The notes: generated from the letters alone by a model not told the origin. A stretch of 62,908 nt of DNA, filler included, from Jimgerdemannia flammicorona (GCA_003990765.1; 3 parts of 3 records of this genome joined end to end with filler, not necessarily neighbours in it); one strand, 5' to 3'. Positions 1-12,030 are shown, counted from the whole stretch's first letter. Numbers and translations are program-made.

Positions 1-173
1 GAAATTGTGATGAGTGATTTGTGATTTGGCTTTAATTTAAGGCCAAAATTGTGACTGGTCTCAATATTTATTATAAAATAATAAAAAAACTATTTTTATT
101 AAAATATTATATGTAAAAATAAAAAAAGCTCTCTATTTGACTAAACTTTATAGGATGTTTTATCAATTTACGA

Positions 174-636
174 TTTTTTTTATTTTTTTATTAAATACAA
201 TAAAAAGGAGATAGAAAAAGTTGAGTATAAGTATGGTGCACTATACAGTAAACCCACCCCCTATCCAATCCTCCTAGGGGGGCCCCTCTCTCCTACCCCT
301 TCTCGACAAAACACTACTCTATTGAATACAATCGCCACCCTTCCACCATTCTGTTCACATATCCTTGCCACCAAACCTTGCCACTGCCTCCCTGAAGGAC
401 CCCAACCTATCCACCATCCAGTCATCAGATCCCCCAACAGCTCCTCCCACCTTAAAACCTTCTCCTGCAGTCTCATCTGCCACCCCTCCTCAAACACAAA
501 TAGCCAATATCCCATCAATCTCACCCAAACTACTAACACCCATCTGACAGTGAGCCAACTCTTTACCTGCTGGCCTGCACTCCATACCCATGACATCACC
601 ATCAATGATATTATCTCTGATAAAGTAGTCATCTAG
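174..636 (-). mobile_element. 3' end fragment of an L1/Tx1-like LINE (ORF2 C-terminus, 3' UTR, A-rich tail)
   Basis: ORF 261-632 (WWIGWGPSGRQWQGLVARICEQNGGRV..RVVF) aligns by eye with the ORF2 C-terminus of the LINE at 25996-26313 (WWLDWGLQGGRRRCLVVKICGQSGGRV..RVVF). Minus-strand AATAAA and A-rich tail near 174-195. Confidence 0.75.
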
Positions 637-1035
637 GAAAAGTAATTTGCAGATTACTTCTCCTTATTCACTGAGATAATAATATATTGGGACTTCATCA
701 CTATTCTACAAGATAGCATCATCTGTCTCATATGCTGGATAAGGTGTTGATAGGTGAAGGAGAGATATGTCATCTTCACTTTTATCAGATTCACTGTCTG
801 TATACCTTCTATAGGTTACAGCACTATGAGTTATGGGGTTGTAGTAAGCTGGCAGCTATGGTTCATGTCTCTCATACTCAGGTAGTGGAGTGGTTGATTC
901 AATCTCAAGGGTTGTCTAGAGGTACAGGTTGTGTTCTCCAGTCTCTTCATTGTAGTTGAAGTAATCAGGAGTGAATGCAGGTTGGTATTTATGCCAGTGG
1001 TTATTGTTCCAATAGGTCTTGTAGGTGGTTATAAA

Positions 1036-1662
1036 CTATTGTAAGTTCATTGGCAATATTGGCAGAGTGATCAAAGTTGGCAGAGATTCTTGGCTAGAGG
1101 TCATATTAGTATCAGAGAGATTATTATCTTCTGCTTCATCTTCATTGAACCAGATTATATTATAGACATCTTTCATAGTATATCTGACTTGAGGCATTTG
1201 TAGAATATAGTCATCGGGGTTTGGAAAGGTTCTATCTGTGGTCTGAATGTACTTGAGGTACTTGTGGTTGAGTTCTTGTATCATGTTGTCAATTTGACTA
1301 TAGGACAGGGTAGCAACCATTTCAGTAGTAGTAACTCAGAGGCAGGGAATAAAGGTGCTATAATCATAAAAGAGTTCTTGTTGTTTGTGGGCAATGAGTT
1401 TCTGGTGTTGAGACATCTGGGTAATGTCCATGTCATGGTAGTGTTTGACTATGTCTTCCAGGAGGCAGCCAATCTGATAGTAGCTTGAGATTTGTCCAAT
1501 TTGGTAGGCCTTGCTAAGTATGTTCAGGGCATTCCATCAGGCTTCTACAAAGTAAAGGGGTGCTAGACTATGGATATTCATGAGGGGCAGAGGAGATGTA
1601 GCTTGGTTGACAATGGCATTCCAAATGTCAGTACAGATGTGGTTATAGATCTCAGTAGTCAT
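1036..1662 (-). pseudogene. Degenerate LTR-retrotransposon accessory ORF (homolog of 38762-39625) in a decayed retroelement remnant (~637-2060)
   Basis: ATG at 1662, TATA-like TATATAAA ~110 nt upstream. Translation MTTEIYNHICTDIWNAI..YFVEA*WNAL..SYYQIGCLL..(frameshift)..VATLSYSQID resembles IFEAIKKAIW..YFINYR..HDYEIGHRL. Contains a stop and a frameshift. Confidence 0.5.
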
Positions 1663-2584
1663 GTTTGTATATGTTCAGAAGTTGTGGTTGTTGTTTATTT
1701 TGGTTCTCTATTCAATATATCTCAATGTTCAGTATATATGTATTTGGTCCTGTTTGGTAAGATTCTGTTTATATAAATCTTGTGTTCCGTGACTTCATAT
1801 TGACTCAGCTTTGTATACTGTGACTTTGGTTTGACTCAGCTTTATGACTGAGCAGGTGATTTCCAGATTTGTTCAGAGGTTGCGTGTGATTTTGCTGGCT
1901 TGTTTGGAGAGTGATATGTATGTGATTTCAGTGGCTTGGAGGTTGTGCACTTACATAGATATAGAGAGAGCTCAGGATGCTTCATACTTAGGTTCTTCTT
2001 TCTTGGTTTAAGTCTTTTTCTTATTGAATTGTCTTTGAGGCAGAATTGGTCCAGCTGTTAGGATTTACTTAACCATAGTCTTGATTCTTACCAGATACTA
2101 TTATTGATAATCATAACCAACTAGATGTCCTTGTTTTTGAATTTTCCTTATAAGCTATTTAGATAGTATATTGAATAAATAGTCTACTCTTATACTATTT
2201 CATACTTCATCATTGGCAACATATTCAAGGCCAACAGTGTTCAGTAGTAACTCAAGTTTTGTATAAAAGGGTTTAAATTCCTCCTTACCATATATCAAAT
2301 TTGAGGTTATGAAGTTTGATTCAAGATTTAGTAATTATGATTTTACTGCAATATTGAGCAATCATAAGTTGTTTGAGTCTAGAGACTATGGGATAGTCTC
2401 TATATTCTGGGGTATTATTTACTATATTCTAGATAACAACTGTAAGTCAAGTGTTCTATATGAGGGATTTTTCAGGAAGAGTTCATCACCATTCTTCAGT
2501 AGATCCTTGGAAGAATGTAAAAACTCAACAGACATAGGCCATAGTAGTAACAAAGAGTTGTTCCAGAGTGTAGTCTTAATTGTT

Positions 2585-3086
2585 GAGGAGGAAGAAGGCC
2601 CAGCGGGAGCCAAGGGAGCGAACCCAGAGCCAGTGTCAAAGCGAACGGAAGACATGTGGAAGAGCATGTATAAGGGGGACGAACAAAGAACATAACCGAA
2701 ATTGCATCAGCCATTTATTACCATGTAAAAACGCGGTCCTTATATACAAAATACGACATCCCAAAAGGGAGGACGCGCCACAACTCGGGGCGAACCAAAT
2801 TAGGAACCACATGACTGCCGGAGATAGGCGGAGATAAAGAGGGAGCCAATCCCAGTTGCAGGATAAAAATCACAAACAAACACAAACAAAACAAATCCAA
2901 ATCGAGATTAAAAAACATCCGCAGACCCCGGAGGGGTGAGCGCGAGCGAGGGGTGAGGCCGAAACAGAGCGAGCCACAGCAAGCCTGAGCGAAGCGAGGG
3001 GCCGAAGGCAGCAGAGGGGAGCGGAGTAAGGCCGAGACCCCAGAGCGAGCGTGAGACCCCAGAGGGGGCAAGGATGTTTTTTAATC
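2585..3086 (-). repeat. PLE 3' pseudo-LTR with a 15-bp stem (2906-2920/3072-3086) around a 151-nt GC-rich loop
   Basis: GATTAAAAAACATCC and GGATGTTTTTTAATC are exact reverse complements. The sequence is repeated at 6243-6743. Confidence 0.9.
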
Positions 3087-5165
3087 CTCTCCAGCAGAAC
3101 CGGAGGCACCAGAAGGTGATGAAAACGCAAAGCGAGAGCAATGGATTGAAGAAGAAACAGAAGGAAGATGCGAACGAGCAATCAGAGGGCGTCGGGAAAG
3201 AGATGAAAGTCCATGGCGTGAAAGAGAAGAGCACAGGATGGTATCAGGGCGTTGAGCAACCCAGCGAGTATGATCAAATGGTATGACAAGAATTGGGGGT
3301 GGGAAAGAAGAGGGGGTATGGAGAGGGTAAGGGGGGAGAGAGGGAAGGGAGGGGGGATAAAGAGGAGAGAGGAGGGTAGAGCGAACAACAGACCATTCAA
3401 CAGAAGCAAGCAGATCACGAACGATAGAAATAGGGTAGGCACGACAATGGACCATGAAGTTACCAAGAACCCGAACAGCAGACACCCAATCAGAACGACG
3501 GGAGCAGCAGAGTGCAAGACGACGAGCCTCACCCCAAACACATTCAAGAAGAGTGCGATGAGGATGGTTGGACACGAAGTCAGGGAACTGTTGGGAACGG
3601 GGAAAACGAGAATAAACAACAGTTCAGAAAGGAGAAAAAGAAATGGAAAGGTCCAAAAAGGGAATACTAGTCGTACCGCACACCCAGGTAATAGAATGGT
3701 GGGGAGGGTAGACACCCAGGAACACACTAGGGATATCAATACCAGCAATAGTGAAGACAATAATGTCATCAATGTATCGGCGAAAGAAGATGTCCCCAGC
3801 CCGAAACGCAATGGAAAGAGGTGAAGTAATATCACGTAACACACGCAATTCATGGGCCAGGCCAATGAGGTTGGCAAGGGTGGGAGCACAGTTCGTACCC
3901 ATGGCAATACCAGAAGTCTGGTGAAAGGAGCCAAGGGCCAACTCAAAATAATTAGAGCCGCAGACAAGGAGCATAAGCTCAACAATGGAAGCCAGCAAAA
4001 CCAGGGAATCCAAAGGAAAAACCAAGGAACCCAAGAAGCGAAGGCAATCATCGATCTCATCAAAATGAATAGCAGTATAGAAGGAAGAGAAGTCACCAGA
4101 GGCCAAATGGGAAAAACGGTGAACAGGCACAATGGTGGAGCAGAGAAGGGCGAGCTCCTGAGTATCACGAAGAATAGTATACTCAGGCCCAAGACAGTGT
4201 TGTAAGAGAGCCATCCAGGAGAGAAAGAAGTGGGATAACCACTTCGAAATCTTGGTGGTAGGAGAACTGTAAGCAGCCATAATAGGATGCCAAGCCAAAA
4301 CAGGCTTGTGAACTTTAGGAAGAGCATAGAAAACTGGAAGAGAAATATCCGGGGAGGACAAAGAGTCCTGGAAGAAGTTAAAAATGGGGTTCGCGAATGG
4401 GGAATCCAAAAGCAATCTAGCATGAGCCAGAGAAACCCGAAGAAGAGTGAGAATCTCATCCAATCCAAGAGCACTAGGCTCATAAGCCGTGGCTCGAAGG
4501 AGGGCAGAAAGGCCATCAAGGTAGAGCAACTTAGGAATAAGTGCAAAACCCTGATTCTTATCAGTGACTGTGAGCAAATGCATAGGCAATTGCTTGACCA
4601 ATTTAAGCATGGTACGCACGGTATGGTCCGAAACCAAGCAAGAGCGAGCACGTCCAGGAATGGACAATGAGCAAGCCATGTCAAGGAATATGCAGTGTGA
4701 AGAGACATTGGGAGGGGGGACCCAATTGCTAGGAACAAAATAGCGAGAGGGCATCTCACCACGATCTTGAAAGAAGATGGCAAGGTCAAGAGCACGACGA
4801 AAACTGGTTAGACGAGCCGGATCAGTGAAGGAGAATTGTGAGGGAGTTGCAGGAAAAACAAAGTGAGGACCCAAGGATAAGGCAAAGACTTGAAGGGGAG
4901 AAAGGGGGCAGTCAGCCGAAGAAAAAGGAGCAGATAAAAGAGTTCCAAGAGAAGAATAAACCCGAAAGTTCAGGACAAGCAACTGGGAAAGACAAAGGGG
5001 GAACAACATGAGGAACCACTCACGGTGTACCAGAAGCGACAACGGAATCCGAGAAGGGACGGGGACACTGGGGGAGAACCACGCCGGGGGGAAGTTTAAG
5101 AGCGGGAGGCCTTCCCCTTCCCTCTGACTTTTTTTGAAGGTGGCGAACTCGACGAATGGGAGCAC
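3081..5165 (-). pseudogene. PLE reverse transcriptase (ORF2) with one in-frame TGA at 3624-3626
   Basis: Motifs LSLGPHFVFP, TDKNQG, FYALPKVHK..PI, GDFSSFYTAI, GIAMGTNCAPTLANL, FRRYIDDI, FLDLSI. The same frame continues past the TGA as TVVYSR..SNHP..GEARRL..CS (thumb); ORFs 3624-5165 and 3081-3575 share one frame. Confidence 0.9.
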
Positions 5166-6312
5166 ACCCCATCAGAGTGCCAGACCTTGCGGCCACAGGC
5201 TTTCGTGCAGCCCTTACATTCAGGGGCATGTGGAGAGGAGGCGGAGGAGGAACCGGCAGAGGAGGCCGAAGGCGAGCAAGCAGCCGAAGGGGCAGCAGCG
5301 CGAGGAACACCACCATGAGGACAGACGGACTTGGCCGGGTGCCAGTAGGCACAGTGGAGGCGACCGGAGCAGACAGCACAAGGCCAGGCCCCGACAGGGC
5401 GAGAACCAAGTTGGCGGCCATGCTTGGGGGCAGGGGGAATGGAGGAGGAAGCCTTGGCGGGGGAGGGGGACCGGGAAGAGGCCGACGAAGCCTGGTTGGG
5501 CTTGGCGGGGGTCTTGGCAGGGGTCTTGGAGGGGGCCTTGGCGGCGGCGGCAGCGAAGGAACGAACCTCAGCACGAGCAGCAGCACGAGCTTTGGCACGA
5601 ATGGCCTTGGAGACCAAAACCTCAGGGGAGGCACGGAGGGGAGCAGTGGCGGCAGTGCGAGCAGCAGCGGCGGCACGTGATGACTCCTGCTTGTGAAGAT
5701 GAGTGACAAAGGAAGTGCCGGCAAGGAGGAAACAATGCACAGTGTCGATGTTGGCGGCGACCAAAGGAACCTCGTGGATGGCAAAGCCACAGAAAGGGGC
5801 GGCATCTGAAAGGTGGGAGGAGGCGAAGGCCACGAAAGTGGCACAGGCATGGTGGAAGGCAGTGGAGGCGGCGGCGGCAGAAGCAGCAGCGGCATCAGCG
5901 GCGGCGAGTTTGGCGGCGGCGGTGGTGGCACGAACCTCTTCAGAGAGGGCTTGGCGGCGGGCCTCAGGGAGAATGGAGTAGTGGACGGTGGGCAGAGCGA
6001 CGATGTCGATGTCACAGCGGAGACGAGCCTCCTTGGCGGAGAGGGCAAGAACTGACCAGAACTGAGAGAGGAGCGGACAACCAGAAGGATGAAGGTCCAG
6101 GGGGAGGGAAAGGATGGCAGAAGAGACGTAGGTCTCGAAGGAGACAGTGGCGGGGGTAAAGGCAGGGGGAGGGGGAGGAGGAAGCACCTCATCCATGAGC
6201 TCATCGACGAGGATGGAGGCCCCGAGGGCAGGCAATACAGCAGGGAGGAAGAAGGCCCAGTGGGAGCCAAGGGAGCGAACCCAGAGCCAGTGTCAAAGCG
6301 AACGGAAGACAT
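5096..6312 (-). pseudogene. PLE ORF1: Ala-rich helical/coiled-coil-like protein with two C-x2-C-x8-WH-x4/5-C-x-H motifs; 1-bp frameshift near 6244
   Basis: ORF 5096-6235. The two outer repeat copies read ..TCCTCCTC where the internal copy reads ..TCCTCCC; restoring that T joins ATG 6312 (MSSVRFDTGSG..) to this ORF. Confidence 0.75.
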
Positions 6313-7064
6313 GTGGAAAAGCGTGTATAAGGGGGATGAACAAAGAACGTAACTGAATTTGCATCAGCCGTTTATTGCTATGTAAAAATGTGGTCCTTAT
6401 ATACAAAATACGATGTCCCAAAAGGGAGGACGCGCCACAACTCGGGGCGAACTGAATTAGGAACCACATGACCGCCAGAGATAGGTGGAGATAAGAGGGG
6501 AGCCAATCCCAGTTGCAGGATAAAAATCACAAACAAACACAAACAAAACAAATCCAAATCGAGATTAAAAAACATCCGCAGACCCAGGAGGGGTGAGCGT
6601 GAGCAAGGGGTGAGGCCGAAATGGAGCGAGCCGCAGCGAGCCCAAGCGAAGCAAGGGGCTGAAGGCAGCGGAGGGGAGCGGAGTAAGGCCGAGACCCCGG
6701 AGCGAGTGCGAGACCCTGGAGGGGGCAAGGATGTTTTTTAATCTCGATTTGGATTTGTTTTGTTTGTGTTTGTTTGTGATTTTTATCCTGCAACTGGGAT
6801 TGGCTCCCCTCTTATCTCCGCCTATCTCCGGCGGTCATGTGGTTCCTAATTCAGTTCGCCCCGAGTTGTGGTGCATCCTCCCTTTTGGGACGTCATATTT
6901 TGTATATAAGGACTGCGTTTTTATGTGGCAATAAATGGCTGATGCAAATTCGGTTATGTTCTTTGTTCGTCCCCCTTATACATGCTTTTCCACATGTCTT
7001 CCATTCGCTTTGACACTGGCTCTGGGTTCGCTCCCTTGGCTCCCGCTGGGCCTTCTTCCTCCTC
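6243..7064. repeat. PLE 5' pseudo-LTR extended into a ~335-bp fold-back (6243-6577 pairs with 6729-7064)
   Basis: 6729-7064 is the near-exact reverse complement of 6243-6577; loop 6578-6728. Confidence 0.92.
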
Positions 7065-9076
7065 TGATATTATTATCTACAGCAAGATAGCTGAGGAACA
7101 TCTGCAGTACATCCAGCAGATGATAGAAAAGTGGAGACAGTATGATCTTTATATCAAGCCCAAGAAGTGCAAATTCATGGAAATTGAGATTATCTATCTT
7201 GATCATATCATTAATCAAGATAGAATACATACAGATACTCTCAAGATTTAAGCAGTAGCAGCTTACCCAAGGCCCACCACAGTTACTGAAGCCCAAGCCT
7301 TCATGGAACTTACCTCATACTCCTGCCAGTTTATTAGAGAAATCTCTAATATTGCAGAACCAATCTATAAACTCAATAAGAAGAATACTAAGTTCCAATG
7401 AACTGGCAGATAACAAAAAACATTTAAAGAACTTAAGGTCAGACTGACCCAGACACCTATCCTCAGAAGAACTGATTGAACTCAAGAATTCATCCTGCAG
7501 ACAGATGCAAGTGCCCAAGAACTAGGAGTAGTCCTAGCTCAAAAGAAAGATAAAGTAGAGTATGTCATTGCATACCTAAGTTGAGGAACCCAAGAAGCTA
7601 AAAAATAATATGATTCCTATAAGTTGGAATGCCTTGCAGTCATCTGAGCTATAGAAAAGTTCCACTACTACCTTACTGGAAGATACTTCACCATTCAGAC
7701 AGACCACTCTGCTCTCACTTGGCTACTGACTACTAGGCAATCTAAAGGAATCTACATATGCCAGATGGATTATGAAGTTGCAAGCATATGATGTAATCAT
7801 CATGTACTGCTCAGAAAGAATCAATGTCAATGCAGATGCCCTCTTATGGATACTCTGAAGGACTTCCAACCAGCAAATTAATTATGAATAAAGAGCTCTA
7901 AAATGAAATAATTATCTATCTGGAACAGTGAAAGATGTCCCAATATCTGGAAGAATGAATACAAATAATTATCAATAGAACATGGAAACAATTTGAAACT
8001 GATGAAGAAACATTGAAGAAAAGAAAGCTACTAGTTATACCAGAATACAAGAAGGAGAAAGCAATGAAATCAGTATATAAACTTAGCTATCTGAGAGAAA
8101 CAAATACCTATGATAAAGTAAGAAGAACAATATGGTGGCCAGGAATAGAGGAAGATATCAGACAATTTGTCAAAATCTGCAACAAATGCCAGAAACAGAA
8201 ACAAGATCAATGAAATCAAGCCCCAGAATCAGCACACATAGAACTGGTACCATTTGCCTATATTGCAAGATGTGATTAGTCCTCTACCCCTAACTTTGAC
8301 TAGCAACTGATATATCATTGTTATTGTAGACCTTTTCGTGAAATGGATAGAGGTAGGACCTCACAAGGAAGCCAAAGTATAGTCAATTGCTGATTTCTTT
8401 AACAAAGAAATCATCTGCTGGTTCAAGACCCCAATATAAGTAACCACAGACAGAGGAACAGAATTCATAAACCAGTTCTCTGAGGTTCTCTACAAAAAGT
8501 ACAAGATCTAGCACATTCAGACCATAGCATACATACTATCCTCAGGGAAATAGACAGGTGAAAAGGACCAATAAGACCCTCAAAAATGCTATTGTCAAAA
8601 TCTGTAATAATTACATAAACTGGGATCACTATCTGCTAATAGCATTATCTGCTCTCCAGGATATTTGATCACAAAGCATCCATTTTACCTCTTGGAAAAT
8701 GCTGTTTAGAGAAGAAGGTTCTCAAGAAACCCTATTGTCTAATAGAGATACTATATGGAAATGTATAGATAGAGAAATATAGAGACTATATTAAATCAGG
8801 AAGAAGGCTGAGGATTATATAACCAAGGTGCAGGCACTACAATAGAATAATACAGAGAAGGTTCACAAGCTCCTGGAGATCATCAAAATAGGAGATAAAG
8901 TTCTGATATATCAGAATATAGTAGAAGCTTCATGGTCATGAAAACTAGAGCCTAAGTTGGAAGGATCTTACCTTGTATAAGATATAAAAGAGACTACCTT
9001 TTGGCTATGAAAACTCTCATATACAATCATTCATACTATCATTCACTAAAACTGACTCAAGAAGTATCATGGCTAG
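7065..9076 (+). mobile_element. Degenerate Ty3/Gypsy pol (RT C-terminus, RNase H, integrase); host of the nested element at 9077-17224
   Basis: DIIIYSK..EEHL, FILQTDAS, KLECLAVI, TDHSALTWL, IWWPGI..CNKCQ, TDRGTEF, EGSY motifs, with many stops. Confidence 0.88.
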
Positions 9077-10539
9077 TGTAACAGACCATAACGTACCACC
9101 TGAATTATAACTTAGCCAGATGACACGAACAATTAGCATACTTACTCAGCATGATGTGACTTCCAGTGTATCATAGTTACTCATGCCCACCACACTTATA
9201 ATTAGTCAAGACACCAGATCAGGATTGTTTACCTGTGTCCTGAGGACACACTCATGTCCAGTGGACACACTTATGTCCTGCGGACACACTCATGTCTGGC
9301 AGACACACTCATGTCCTACGGACACACTCATGTCCTGTGGACACACCTGTACCCAGAGGACACACCCAAATATTACCAAAGATAGCAAATCTATAGTTAG
9401 CCGCATAGCAACCAGATAGTAACTAACTTGTATAAATTACCCCAGAGGTGAGAGTGAAAAAAACCTCAGTCCGAAATACAAATACCAAACAAGCCTCTAA
9501 AGATTGAGCATTGGTCCCCTTTCCACTCTGGTCCACTTTCCGATACAAAGCAGATTTTGCTGCCAAGTTCGAGGAAGAACTTTGCCACCCTTGGAACTAT
9601 TGGTTTGCTTGCCAGACAAGCCTGAAGATTTGCCACCGAGTTCAAGGAAGAACTTCGCCACTGTTTTCTAGAAGATCGCCATTTCCGAGTTATCCTCCAC
9701 CTTTCCAAGAAAGCCGCCTTGCTCAAGTCAGTTTCTGATGCAACTTCGCAGTGATCTGTTCACACAAATGAAGCCAGTCTTTGATGCAACTTTGCCAAGA
9801 GACCCTTTCCAAGAATGCCACCAGTAGTTCATATTCCCAGTTGAAGCCGCCAATTTAGAAGAATCCATGCCATCCCATTTCCCAGTTAGAACCCTGCCAA
9901 TTCAGGAAGAATCCATGCCATCCGAGTTAATTCCCAGTTAAGCTGCCATTTTCAAGAAGTCCGCCGATTCAGGAAGAATCCGCATCATTCGCTGTTTTCA
10001 AGCTTTCCGCATTCCCAGAGAATTCGCGCCACCCGAGTCGTTGTCCCCAGAGGAGCCCAACCCATGACATCCAAGTTATTCATCATTCCCAGTAAGCCTG
10101 GAAGAATCCGCCACCTGTACTATTTCCAGTAACAAGAACCCGTGCCATATATTCCCAGTGAGCCAAATCGAGTTATCCGCCAAATCCACATAAGGAGAAC
10201 TGCTAAATTGCCAGACCGTCATGCATAAGGAGATTGTCGTGCTACACAGAGATCGTCACGCAGAAATCAGAAGATCGTCACTCAAGAAGGAAACTGCTCA
10301 TGCTATACACAAATTCTGCCATTCCCAGTTGACCAAAGAAGGAGAAGACACACAAATCGCCGCTACACCCAGAGAACTGTCCCAATAAGGAAATCGCTCG
10401 CACAGTATCCAGATCTTGACTATTATACTACTAAATACCAAAAACATTTTGTTGCTTTTAACAAAGTAACTGTGTGCTCAAGCCAAACTACATCAACCTC
10501 CAACCTTGTAATTTGCCTCTATTGAGCTGGCATGTTACA
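9077..10539 (+). repeat. 5' LTR
   Basis: Direct repeat of 15763-17224; TG..CA ends with a 7-bp inverted repeat; TATAAAT near 9431. Confidence 0.95.
9243..9365 (+). repeat. ~19-bp tandem repeat (GGACACACTCATGTCCNGN) in the LTR, about six units; also present in the 3' LTR
   Basis: Directly visible. Confidence 0.85.
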
Positions 10540-10541
10540 TT

Positions 10542-10559
10542 TGGGGGCTCAACTGGGAA
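10542..10559 (+). promoter_or_regulatory. Primer-binding site, probably tRNA-Pro
   Basis: TGGGGGCTCAACTGGGAA begins 2 nt after the LTR and resembles the tRNA-Pro PBS TGGGGGCTCGTCCGGGAT. Confidence 0.75.
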
Positions 10560-11124
10560 GATTTCAAAATCGACATAACTTTTCAGCTCACAAGAACCCA
10601 CAGTCAAACTGGATACATTTGATACAACACCAACCTCTGCTACTATAGGAGAACCAGTCATTACTAGTATTTGGACAGGAAGAGAAGTAATTACCTCAAG
10701 ACTTGCTAACTACCCAGCATCAGAAGGATCTCAACCAGAAGCAGGAGGCAGTACAGCCTGAAATCCTCAGCCAGATCAACCAGATCAACCAGATCAACCA
10801 GATCAACCAGACAATACAGGCAGCCCTGCTGGAGATTTTGGAGAACTTACACAAGAACTAGAAGACTTTATTACCCGGACCCAACACCTTACAGCCAGAT
10901 ACCCCACACCAGTTCCACCAATTTCACCAATAGAACCCCTACCACAACCTCTTGCAGAACCAGAAGTAGCTCCTACAAGGATACCTAGGCCTACTCCATC
11001 TCATCCAAGGACCAGAACACCATCTTCTAGATACCCAAGCACCCTGGTCTCTAGTGACAGTTCAGAAAGTGAATCAGAATCAGAATCCAAATTCGAACCA
11101 GAATCAGAAGAAAGTGATGAAGAA

Positions 11125-12030
11125 ATGGCCACCTCATTACCAATCTTTGCAGGATACCCAGAGGAAGACCCCAGAGAATTCCTTGATGGAATCGAAGGAA
11201 TCGCAGCCTTGAGAAATCTCTCAGATGAAAGGAAAATCGCCATCTACAAAGCTCAGCTCAGAGAACTAGCCAGAGGGATTTTCCATCGAACAGCAAACAA
11301 CCCAGATTCCAAACTAGTAAGACAGATACAAGCAGCAGTCTCCTATGAGCTAGAATTTCAGGCCATGGTCTACTGGCTCATAGAAAAGTATGCAGGAAAT
11401 GAAACCCGCCACAAGGCTCAGGAATCCATCATGGGAATGAAGATGAATCTTGGAGAATCACCCAGAGCCTTCTTCACAAGAATCCAGAAGAGAATGCACT
11501 CTGCCAGGTTCAATGCCACCAACCAGGACATCATAGGTCCAATGACCTTCATGAATGGAATTCCCCTGAATATTGCCCAGCATGTCCACACCCTAGGCAT
11601 CAGAAGGTCTGAAGAGCAAGTAGATACAGCCCAAGGATTCTTTGATGTCAGGCAAGGAACTACCTGGAGTGACCATGACAAGAAGGAAGATAAAGAAGAT
11701 ATCCTGGTCAAAGCCCTACAAGGACTTCTTCAAGGACAAGAAAGGTCTGAAGAAAGAAGGCCAGCCAAAGAAGAAAAGAAGGACAGAAGTGAAATTCAAG
11801 ACCTCAGCTCCAAGTTAGACCGATTGGTTGGGCAGATTGAAAAACTCACCATACGTGAAAATCAGGACTACCAAAACAACAGAGGATACCCACCACAGAG
11901 GAACCAAGGTTATCCAACAAGAGATAACAGGAATTACCAGCAAGAAGAAAGAAGGTACCCTGCCTGGGACAGAGCCCAAGTCTAATGCTTCCACTGTGGA
12001 CAACTCAGACACTATGCCACTGAATGTGAC
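11125..12030 (+). pseudogene. gag: Gypsy gag with CCHC zinc knuckle
   Basis: FAGYPEEDPREFL..ESPRAFFTR; after a TAA the frame continues CFHCGQLRHYATEC. Confidence 0.85.

Larger units (their letters stand above)
2585..7064 (-). mobile_element. Penelope-like retroelement (PLE), endonuclease-deficient (Athena/Coprina-type organisation), two ORFs, direct pseudo-LTRs plus inverted terminal copy
   Basis: PLE RT motifs present and no GIY-YIG motif at either end of the RT ORF. ~500-bp direct repeats at 2585-3086 and 6243-6743; inverted copy at 6729-7064. Both outer ends stop at the same nucleotide of the repeat (CCTTCTTCCTCCTC). Confidence 0.9.

Noticed and set aside
3624..3626. In-frame TGA in PLE RT as selenocysteine or readthrough
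   Set aside because: CGA-to-TGA changes are pervasive in repeats here, Arg fits the context, and no SECIS was evident.
3182..4795. 537-aa hydrophobic ORF and 430-aa Pro-rich ORF (5020-6312)
   Set aside because: Alternative frames of pyrimidine-rich PLE coding sequence; the motifs are in the other frames.
6930..6960. Hammerhead ribozyme in the pseudo-LTR
   Set aside because: CTGATGC rather than CTGANGA, and no properly placed GAAA with stems; not supportable by eye.
2585..7064. DIRS/Ngaro tyrosine-recombinase element or DNA transposon, given the inverted ends
   Set aside because: RT motifs are Penelope-type; no RNase H, tyrosine recombinase or transposase was seen.
9243..9365. CRISPR-like array
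   Set aside because: Contiguous tandem units with no unique spacers, inside an LTR, and no cas genes.
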